A stretch of DNA of 64,000 bases. Origin: an uncultured Gemmatimonadales bacterium. Its GTDB lineage: Bacteria > Gemmatimonadota > Gemmatimonadetes > Gemmatimonadales > GWC2-71-9. The stretch's first letter is position 1; the number at the start of each line of letters is the position of its first letter. The translations under genes were made by a program, and so were the position numbers. Under the pieces are notes generated by a model. It was not told the origin of the DNA, searched no databases, and saw only the letters and a list, made by a program, of their open reading frames with translations. Shown here in pieces: positions 49,350-57,334 of the stretch. The stretch lies in assembly GCA_963798915.1 (NCBI GenBank), contig CAWCVB010000005.1, forward strand, positions 25,291-89,290, read 5' to 3'.

Positions 49350-50573
49350 TCACCCAACTTGCCGCCTCACCGTCACCACATTTGCGATCAGGATACCGGC
49401 GACGATCGACACCGCGATCACGATCATCTTGAAGGCCGTCTCGATCCCGGAGACCACCTCGCGATCCATGAGCGCGGCGAGGCTGCGGAAGCCGACGCTG
49501 CCCGGCACCAGCAGCAGGATGCCAGGCACCAGATAGATCTGCGACGGCCGGTCCAGCAAGCGTGCGATGATGTTGCTGCCGCCACCCACCGCCAGCGCAC
49601 CCACGAACGATCCCAGGTCGGGACCAAAGACGATGGCGCCGAGCTGGCTGGCGTAGAATGCCAGCAGGCCCATCACCACGATCCAGGGCGCGTCCCTGGG
49701 TTCCGCCTTGAGCAGCACCACGAAGCCCAGTGGCGCCAGCAGCAGGACCACCGGAATGAGCCAGGACGGCGGGGCGGATGGCTGCAGGTTGGCGGACGCA
49801 CCGAACAGTTGGGCCGCGAGCGTATTGCCCAGCGCCACGCCGAAGGCGATCCCCAGGAAGGTCATGAACGCGGCGCTCATGCGGGCGGTGCCGGAAGCGA
49901 GGTGGCGGGTGGAGAGTTCGGTCATCGCCACGGTGAGCGTGAAGCCGGGCAGCAGCACGATGAGCCCGGCCAGCGTCGCGATGAAGACCGAATGGGGAAA
50001 GACATGACTCACCGCGCCGGCCAGGAACGCCGCCGCGAACGCGGCCATGGGCTCGAACACCCGTGCCACCGATGCGTAGCGTACCGCGCCGAGCGAGAGC
50101 AGGCCGATCACCAGTCCGAGGAACCCGCCCACCAGCATTTCCCTGGCGCCGCCGCCCAGGAACCGAGTCACGGTACCACTGGTCAGCGCAAAGGCCGCCA
50201 CCATCGCCCAGTTGCCGTACGTGGGCGGTGCCGCCGAGACCAGCGCCACCTGTTCGGTGCCGTCGCCAGGCGTCATGGTCCCCTTGAGCACCTCCACCAC
50301 GATCCGGTCGAGCTTGGCCAGCTTGCCGAGATCATGATCGCCGGGCTCCACCCGGATCATGTAGGTGCGCTGGCGATCGAGCTTGCCGAAGGAAGCGAAG
50401 ATGGAGGTCGGCGTGGAGAAGAACTGCGCCTCCATTCCCAGCTGGCGGGCGGCGAGTCCCAGGACATCCTCCAGCCGGCCCGCCTCGTAGCCGTAGCCAT
50501 GCAGCGCTCGACCCAGGGTGAGGATGAAATTCCCGGCGTCGGTGGGGAAGGAGTCGGGATCGGGTGAGGGCAT
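49350..50573 (-). CDS. thrE: Threonine/serine exporter (ThrE family)
   Basis: LGRALHGYG..RLED, FSTPTSI, IVLLPGFTLT.AMTEL...L.SG..R, ILLLVPGS; ~10 TM. Confidence 0.85.
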   Translation of the reverse strand: MPSPDPDSFPTDAGNFILTLGRALHGYGYEAGRLEDVLGLAARQLGMEAQFFSTPTSIFASFGKLDRQRTYMIRVEPGDHDLGKLAKLDRIVVEVLKGTMTPGDGTEQVALVSAAPPTYGNWAMVAAFALTSGTVTRFLGGGAREMLVGGFLGLVIGLLSLGAVRYASVARVFEPMAAFAAAFLAGAVSHVFPHSVFIATLAGLIVLLPGFTLTVAMTELSTRHLASGTARMSAAFMTFLGIAFGVALGNTLAAQLFGASANLQPSAPPSWLIPVVLLLAPLGFVVLLKAEPRDAPWIVVMGLLAFYASQLGAIVFGPDLGSFVGALAVGGGSNIIARLLDRPSQIYLVPGILLLVPGSVGFRSLAALMDREVVSGIETAFKMIVIAVSIVAGILIANVVTVRRQVG

Positions 50574-50582
50574 GGGGGAAAT

Positions 50583-50618
50583 AAGTCGGGAGGACGGGAA
50601 GACGGGAAGACGGGAGGA
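50583..50618. repeat. 8-bp array (AAGTCGGG/AAGACGGG); left arm around the Uma2 gene
   Basis: Reverse complement of 51421-51455. Confidence 0.8.
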
Positions 50619-50844
50619 AAGGGCGAAGCCCGTAGGGGCGGGTCTTCGACCCGCCCCACCGCCGGCACACGTCCCGGTGCCGACATGCATCCCGATGCCG
50701 CCCCCCAGAGGAAGAGGCGAGGGCCCGATCATCGCGTCATTGCGCGCCGTCATGCAGCAATGCGGTCACGCAACTGCCGAGCCGGGCCGCATCATGCGGC
50801 ATGTCCGCTTGCCATTTCCCGACCGCCGAGCGTACCGTATGGGC

Positions 50845-51396
50845 ATGCCCCTCACGTCGCATCACTGGACTCGCGCCGAGGTACTGGCACTGCCGGACGA
50901 CGGCACGCGCCATGAGCTGGTGGATGGCGAGCTGCTGGCGAGTCCGACACCCCGGCCTCCTCATCAGGTGGCCGTCATGAAGCTGACCGGTGCACTGGCG
51001 CCGTACGTCGCCGCGCACGATCTCGGGATCCTCTGCAGTGTGCCGGCCGATCTGGACCTCGGGTCCGGGCAGATTGTCCAGCCTGACCTGTTTGTGGCCA
51101 GCGTGGACCCCGGCCACCCGCCCGCCAACTGGGAAGACTGGGGTGTGCCAATCCTGGTGGTGGAGGTGCTGTCGCCCGCCACGGCGCGCTATGATCGCCT
51201 CACTAAACGGCGCTGCTACCAGCGCTCGGGCGTCTGCACGTACTGGATCGTGGACTTGGATGCTCGGCTGGTCGAGGTGTGGGCGCCACATGCCATGTCA
51301 CCCGTGATCGAGGACACCCGGCTTGCCTGGCAGCCCGATGCGACGGTGGAACCTCTGGTGATTGATCTTGACCGCCTGTTCCGGACGGGGTGGTAG
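50845..51396 (+). CDS. Uma2-family putative endonuclease (PD-(D/E)XK fold)
   Basis: WT...LALPDDG.RHELVDGEL..SP.P...HQ, VQPDL, LVVEVLSP.T..YD..K..Y...GV..YWIVD; start 50845 or 50839. Confidence 0.92.
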   Translation: MPLTSHHWTRAEVLALPDDGTRHELVDGELLASPTPRPPHQVAVMKLTGALAPYVAAHDLGILCSVPADLDLGSGQIVQPDLFVASVDPGHPPANWEDWGVPILVVEVLSPATARYDRLTKRRCYQRSGVCTYWIVDLDARLVEVWAPHAMSPVIEDTRLAWQPDATVEPLVIDLDRLFRTGW

Positions 51397-51417
51397 TCGG
51401 CTCGACAGCCCATGCCC

Positions 51418-53698
51418 CTACTTCCCGTCCACCCGACTTCCCGTCTTCCCGACTTCAATCACAAACGCATACTCCTCCGCCACCTCCCGCAGCATGTCGT
51501 AGCGCCCTGACGCGCCGCTGTGGCCCGCGCCCATGTGCACCCGGAGCAGCACCGGATTCCGGCTGGTGTTCATGGTGCGAAGCTTGGCGACCCACTTGGC
51601 CGGCTCCCAGTATCCCACGCGCGGATCGTTGAGGCCCGCCGTGACCAGCAACGCCGGATACCCCTTCCGCTCCACGTTGTCGTAGGGCGAGTAGCTGCGG
51701 ATGTAGTCGAAATAGTCCGCCTCGTTGGGGTTGCCCCACTCCTCGTATTCCATCACCGTCAGCGGGATGCTCTCGTCCAGCATGGTGGTGAGCACATCCA
51801 CGAACGGCACCTCGGCGACGGCGCCGGCAAAGAGGTCGGGCCGCTGGTTCAGCACCGCGCCCACCAGCAGCCCGCCGGCGCTGCCGCCCCACATCACCAG
51901 CCGGTCCGGGCTGGTCCAGCCGGTGGCGATCAGGTGCTCCGCCGACGCGATGAAATCGCTGAACGTATTCCGCTTCTCCAGGAGCTTGCCGTGGCGATAC
52001 CACGGGCGCCCCAGCTCCTCGCCGCCGCGCACGTGCGCAATCGCCACCACGATGCCCCGGTCCAGCAGACTCACCGCGTTGGAGGAAAAGACCGGTTCGA
52101 AGTTGACACCGTAGGCGCCGTAGCCGCGGAGGAGGAGGGGAGAGGAGGTCGACGGTCCACGGTCAACAGTCGACCGTTGACCGTTGACTGTTGACCCCTG
52201 CTCCCCATCCGCCCATCCCGCCCCTCCTGCCCATCCCGCCCCTCTCTCCACACCAGCGACACGGGTATCCGCGCGCCGTCCGCTGCAATGGCAAAATCCC
52301 GTGCGGTCCGGTACTGGCTCGCGTCGTAGCCAAGCACCGGCTGGCGCTTCCGCTCGTGCCAGGTCCGCGTCGCCATGTCATAGTCAATGACGGATGGCGG
52401 CGTGACCAGCGAGGTGTACACCAGCCGGAGCGTGGCCGAGTCGAATTCCGGGTTGGCGCCCGGCCGGACCGAGAACACCTCTTCCGGAAACTCGATCCGG
52501 TGATCCTCGCCGGTGCGGAGATTACGGATTGTCACCCGGGGTGTCGCGTCGGCCCGCTCCCAGATGACGAGATAGTCCCGGAAGGCGTCGACGGCGTCGA
52601 GTTTCACGTCATGATCGAAGATGGGTTCCAGGTCTTCGGTCTTCGGTCTTCGGTCGTCAGAGGGGTCGTCGGTCGTCGGTCGTCGGTCTTCCACTGCTCC
52701 CGACGACTGAAGACCGAAGACAGACGACCCGTCCAGCAGCATCTCCACCAGCTGAAAATTCTCCGCGCCCTCGTTGGTCACGATGAAAAGCCGCTCGTCG
52801 TGATGCTCCACCAGGTATTCGATCTGGGGCCGGCGCGGGATCACCACCTGGGGCGGCTCCAACGGGCGCTCGGCGTCGATGAGCCACACTTCGCTGGACG
52901 AGTGGCTGGCCAGATAGAGCCGGATGAAGCGGCGGCTGCGGGTGGTGTCGAGGCCGACGACGAAGCGGGCGTCCAGCTCGTCATAGATGATCGGATCTGA
53001 GTCAACGGTCGACGGTCTACGGTCTACGCTCGACTGTTGGCCGTCGACTGTTGACTGTTGACTGTTGACCGTCGACTGTCGACCATCACCAGCGCCCAGC
53101 TCATGCCTCATCACCCGCCACGGCCTCAGCGTCTCGTCCAGCGTGACATAGAACAGGTACCGCCCGTCCGCACTCCACTCGGCGCCGGCGGCAATACTCT
53201 GGATCGGGTCACCCAGCAGTTCGCCGGTGGCGATGTTCCTGACCGCCAGGTCGTATTTCTCGTTGCCATCGGTGTCGGTGGAATACGCCAGCAGGGTGTG
53301 GTCGGGCGAGGGCTCGAAGGCGCCCAGCCGGAAATAGGGCTGGTCCCGGGCCAGCGCGTTCTGGTCCAGCAGGATTTCTTCCGGAGCATCCAGCGAGCCG
53401 CGCTTCCGGCAGAGGATGGCGTACTGTTTCCCCTCCTCGGTGCGGCTGTAATAGAGCCACCCGTCCCTCAGCTCGGGGACGCTGAGGTCAGTCTCCTGGA
53501 TCCGCCCCAGCATCTCGGTGTACAGCTCACCGCGCAGGTCACCGCTGGCGGCAAACCAGGCATCGGTATGGGCATTCTCGGCCTCGAGATAGGCCAGGAC
53601 GTCGGGATCCTCACGATCGCGGAGCCAGAACCAGTCGTCGGTGCGGACGGCACCGTTGTGGGAGAGGGTGACGGGACGGCGCTGGGCATGGGGGGCAT
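51418..53698 (-). CDS. ptrB: Oligopeptidase B (S9A) with three repeat insertions and two 1-nt apparent deletions
   Basis: N-terminal RTDDWFWLRD..LEAEN, LRGYGAYG, HVRGGEELG, GGSAGG (Ser), NDPRV (Asp), AGH (His); frame restored by one C in the C6 run at 53690-53695 and one G near 52209. Confidence 0.9.
51421..51455. repeat. 8-bp array (CTTCCCGT/CTTCCCGA); right arm around Uma2, encoding the ptrB C-terminus
   Basis: Read directly. Confidence 0.8.
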
Positions 53699-53700
53699 GG

Positions 53701-53792
53701 GGTTAGTTGGCGAGTTGGCTGGTTGGCGAGTTGGCGAGTTGGTTAGTTGGCTAATTGGCGACCGTCGACCGTCGACCGTTGACCCTCGACCC
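53701..53792. repeat. G-rich 8-mer array (AGTTGGCG) followed by C-rich heptamers (ACCGTCG)
   Basis: Read directly, immediately upstream of ptrB. Confidence 0.85.
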
Positions 53793-53922
53793 CCGTAGCG
53801 CCGAACGGTCCCTCGGGGCAATCTTCCATGGGCGGCGAGCATGCCGCATCCACTGGCAAGATAGTCGGACTCTCGTGCTCCCCGGGTTGCGATCCCCCGT
53901 CGTTCCAGGGAAGAGGTTGGCA

Positions 53923-54543
53923 ATGGCGCAGTGCTGGAAGTGTGGCGGTCAGATGCCCGCCTACGCGGCGCGGTGCAGCTGGTGCGGTCGGAGCACCTCG
54001 CTCAGCGCGCTGTTGCAGGTCGTTTCCGTTACGGTCGTGGTCGTGGGCGCGCTGGTGGTGGGCGGGGTGGTGCCGATGGGCGCCATCAGCCGCTTTCTGC
54101 CGGGACTCCACTCCGATGGCGGTCCCGTGGCGGTCGAGGCCAGTGCCACGCCCGAGCCGGACCAGCCGGCCGCCGCGCCGGGGAGCCCGGCGGCGCCCCG
54201 GACCACCGGCCCCGCGACCGCGGGGGCAGGTAGGGGCGGCCTGCGGCCGCCCACCCGAGCCGCCGAGCCGCCCACCCAAGCCCTCACCAGCGGCCGCAAC
54301 AGCTGCGAATCGAGCGACCGGGTGAACGCCCTGGCCGTGCTGCACCGCGATTGGAGCCGAGCCGACCTGCTCCTCATTGCCTGCCGCAAGGTCGCCGTCG
54401 GCTTCTCGGCGGCCAAGGTCACGGCCTCGATCGGCCGGCCCCGGCTGGTGAACCGTCAGGAAGGCACCTTGGTGGAAGAATGGGTCTATCCCGACCGTGT
54501 GGTGGTGCTGGACCGCGGAGTGGTGGTCTCGGTGAGGAAGTAG
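53923..54543 (+). CDS. Hypothetical protein: zinc ribbon, TM helix, Pro-rich linker, small C-terminal domain
   Basis: CWKC..CSWC; hydrophobic segment; IGRP...EEWVY motif; GAGG SD. Confidence 0.7.
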   Translation: MAQCWKCGGQMPAYAARCSWCGRSTSLSALLQVVSVTVVVVGALVVGGVVPMGAISRFLPGLHSDGGPVAVEASATPEPDQPAAAPGSPAAPRTTGPATAGAGRGGLRPPTRAAEPPTQALTSGRNSCESSDRVNALAVLHRDWSRADLLLIACRKVAVGFSAAKVTASIGRPRLVNRQEGTLVEEWVYPDRVVVLDRGVVVSVRK

Positions 54544-54659
54544 GTCGCGATTTTTCGCTCTTGATCGCGCATCGTGTCTGTTGCATCTCATGAGATCGCA
54601 AGATTGCATACGTGCAGTGATGACCGACTTATGCGGCGGACACGTGCCGAGGAGCGGGC

Positions 54660-55073
54660 ATGAAACTGAAGTACGCTCACCTGGCGGATTACGCCGGGGC
54701 AGGGGCGAATGGCAAGATGACGGTCGTGGGGATCTTCGACCACGTGTTTACGGCACCAGGCATCTCGCCCGTTCCATTTCCCCCATGCCATCTTCTCGCG
54801 GTGTTCGAGGCCAGCGTCGCGGAGGGCTCGGATCATCGAATTCGGGCTCGCATCCTGAATGCGGACGAAGAGGCCGCTGGATTTCAGCTCGATGGCGAGT
54901 TGACCTTCTACGCCACCGGGCCTGGCCATCCTATGCGGGCAGTCCTGTCGGTTGGGCTCGGTCCGGGCGTGTTGTCTGTGCCGGCACCCGGGGATTACTG
55001 CCTTGCTTTCTGGGTAGACGGAGCGCGCATTGGGGAGGCTCCGTTCTCCGTCCTGGTCCGGCCTGGAGCGTAG
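54660..55073 (+). CDS. Hypothetical beta-sandwich protein (DUF6941-like)
   Basis: LADYA....GKM.VVGIFD..PGDY motif pattern; GAGGAG SD. Confidence 0.65.
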   Translation: MKLKYAHLADYAGAGANGKMTVVGIFDHVFTAPGISPVPFPPCHLLAVFEASVAEGSDHRIRARILNADEEAAGFQLDGELTFYATGPGHPMRAVLSVGLGPGVLSVPAPGDYCLAFWVDGARIGEAPFSVLVRPGA

Positions 55074-55079
55074 TACGTT

Positions 55080-55388
55080 GTGGCCCACTGGGAGAAGACG
55101 CTTACACGCATGGCAAGACGCGGCAGTGCATCGGGTTACACGTACCGGGAAGCCGCCGCGGTCCTGTCAGGTCTGGGCCTCAAACTTGCGCGCTCGACGG
55201 GCACGAGTCATCGTACATGGCGAGGAGTTGGCCGGGACGGTCTGCCATTCTACGTTGGCCTGGTGGATCATGGCAGTGGTACGCTGAAACCGTATCTGAT
55301 CCGCGACATGATTTCAACATTGCGCCAGCACGGCATTATCGCTCCGGAAGAAGAGGTCGCCGATGTGGACAATGGAACAGAAACTTGA
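55080..55388 (+). CDS. hicA: HicA-like toxin (putative mRNA interferase)
   Basis: Basic ~100 aa; L..LGL.L....GTSH.T....H....LKPY.I pattern; followed by a HicB-like gene. Confidence 0.6.
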   Translation: MAHWEKTLTRMARRGSASGYTYREAAAVLSGLGLKLARSTGTSHRTWRGVGRDGLPFYVGLVDHGSGTLKPYLIRDMISTLRQHGIIAPEEEVADVDNGTET

Positions 55389-55722
55389 CCTGCTGATGCG
55401 CCTCCCCTGGACTGTTCAGAAGGAAAGGACACCGGAGGGGGATGACATTCTTCGTATCAGGGAACTGCCGGGAGTCTCCGGGGCGGGCGCCGAGGAGGCC
55501 GGCCGCGAAGGCGAGCTCTGGGCGTCGCTCAGATCCCGATTGGCAGCGCATCTGGAATTCGGCGACGCTGTCCCCATGCCGGAGGGGGCAGCGTTGCCTT
55601 GGGCCTCCGACACTGATCGACCGGTCGCGACATGGGTGCTGCAAACGCCCGACGAGGCGCCAACGCCTCGGGACGGCACCGGCGCAAATGCTGGGCATGT
55701 GACTGAATTGTGTTCCATGTAG
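55372..55722 (+). CDS. hicB: HicB-like antitoxin
   Basis: IRELPGVSG.G......L...L..GDAVPMP HicB N-terminal pattern; overlaps the toxin stop. Confidence 0.6.
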   Translation: MEQKLDLLMRLPWTVQKERTPEGDDILRIRELPGVSGAGAEEAGREGELWASLRSRLAAHLEFGDAVPMPEGAALPWASDTDRPVATWVLQTPDEAPTPRDGTGANAGHVTELCSM

Positions 55723-55850
55723 GAGAGCGGTCCCGGTCACCGTGACTCGTGTGGTAACCGTACGGTACCCTGTTTGGCTGATCATCGCTGCACTCATTCC
55801 ACAACCGCTGCTTCAGACTGGGTGCCCGTCCGTGGCCCTGACGCTCCGGG

Positions 55851-55935
55851 ACGCCGATTGACGGTTGCCTTGGCACTCGGCTTCGCCCTGCTGGGCCTCC
55901 TGCCGCAGGCGCTTTGGCGCACCCTGTCTCATAGC
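55851..55935 (+). pseudogene. Remnant paralog of the 5' end of the membrane gene at 57335
   Basis: [25 protein letters not shown] versus [25 protein letters not shown]; similarity stops abruptly. Confidence 0.7.
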
Positions 55936-56005
55936 GGTGGGCTCGCAAGCGAGCCGGTGATCGCGGCGCTGGTCCCGCGTCTATCACCCACCGCCAGCCT
56001 TTTCG

Positions 56006-57172
56006 TCACGCGGACCCTGATGGAGGGCCGACCGACTGCCGGATCCAGCATCCGAAGAGCGGATCTTCGAGCCGGAGTCGGGTGGTTCCGAGATGGCTTT
56101 GTCGCCAGCAGGTACGTTTTCCAATGAGTCCGTCTATCGCGCGCTGCATGCTTGCCGCGGTCATGTTGAACTGCTTCAGCGTCCCTTTGCTGAAAAGGCC
56201 ATCGCCACCTTCAAGAACGGCGGCCTGAAGCGCGCGACGCTGCGGGGCGGTCAATCCCAGCCAGATCTGGCTATACACGGGGTCGAGCCGGGTTGCTGAG
56301 CGGGCCTGGAGGGCATGAACCTGGGCTACGGAGAGCGTGGCATTCGGGCCGGCGTCGCGCAAGTCGTTCCAGCATTCGTGCGCCAGAAGCTGGACATTGT
56401 ATGGTACATCGTCTGCTTCATCGAGGATGGCGTCAAGCGCGCGCTCCGGGACCTGGGCGCCAAGCGGCGCGAAGCCCGCCGCGAGATGTAAATGAAATGC
56501 TGGCCGGGGGATCTCCTCGAGCATACGTACCAGGCCCAGCCGGTAGAATGGGCGGGCCGAGTCACTTGTCATCGCGGTGAGCAGGCGGGTATCGGAGCCA
56601 GCGAACAGGTATCCCACATGGCGGTGTTCCTGCACGGCGGCGCGAAGCTGACGCTCGGCATCCGCGCCATCCGCCACGAGATGCTGAATCTCGTCCAGGA
56701 CCAGGCCGACCGGCCGATCGCTCCTGGCTGCCAGGGATTCCAGGCCGTTCAGCACATCCACCAGCTGAGGGATGACCCCGTGTCCGGCGCGGCTGCCGAG
56801 GCTTACGCTCCAGGTCGGGTCCAGTGGACTGTAGGTGACTTGTGGCCGTACATGCTTGAAGATTTCTGCCAGGCGCCTGGCAACCCGCTCGACAGGGCCG
56901 GTGATGGCCTTCGCGGCATCGGCAACGATGGCGCTGAGAAGAGCCTCGAGATCGGCATAGGCCTCGACGTTGTGGCGGAGTACGATGGCTCCAGCATCGC
57001 GTGCCTTGTGTGACGCGACGTTATGGACCGAGCTCTTGCCGTACCGTCGGGGACCGATCAGAAATTCCTTGGCGCCCGATGTCAGCGTCTGGCCGGCCTC
57101 GGCGACCTCGGCCTCTCGGTCAGCGAGTTCCCCGGGGCCAAGTTCCCGGCCATACTCAAAGGGGTTGTCCAT
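56006..57172 (-). CDS. Archaeal-type/STAND-like P-loop ATPase with probable C-terminal winged helix
   Basis: NPFEYG..LADRE, GPRRYGKSS Walker A, LVLDEIQ Walker B, FAGS, PYNVQLL, EDPLF..W. Confidence 0.85.
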   Translation of the reverse strand: MDNPFEYGRELGPGELADREAEVAEAGQTLTSGAKEFLIGPRRYGKSSVHNVASHKARDAGAIVLRHNVEAYADLEALLSAIVADAAKAITGPVERVARRLAEIFKHVRPQVTYSPLDPTWSVSLGSRAGHGVIPQLVDVLNGLESLAARSDRPVGLVLDEIQHLVADGADAERQLRAAVQEHRHVGYLFAGSDTRLLTAMTSDSARPFYRLGLVRMLEEIPRPAFHLHLAAGFAPLGAQVPERALDAILDEADDVPYNVQLLAHECWNDLRDAGPNATLSVAQVHALQARSATRLDPVYSQIWLGLTAPQRRALQAAVLEGGDGLFSKGTLKQFNMTAASMQRAIDGLIGKRTCWRQSHLGTTRLRLEDPLFGCWIRQSVGPPSGSA

Positions 57173-57188
57173 GTGCCCCAAACCTTTA

Positions 57189-57214
57189 TGCGTTATACAA
57201 AATTGTATTATGCA
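57189..57214. promoter_or_regulatory. AT-rich inverted repeat upstream of the ATPase; candidate operator
   Basis: ATACAA-AA-TTGTAT core (57195-57208) extending to 10/12 matching arms. Confidence 0.5.
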
Positions 57215-57334
57215 AATCAGTATAATGCAAGCGGCTGCTGGGGCGGACCCGATCGCTTCGCCCTGCGGGCTCGCCATGACGCACCGAAACCCGTGACCCG
57301 TGACTCGTAACCCACGACCCGCGACCCGCGACCC

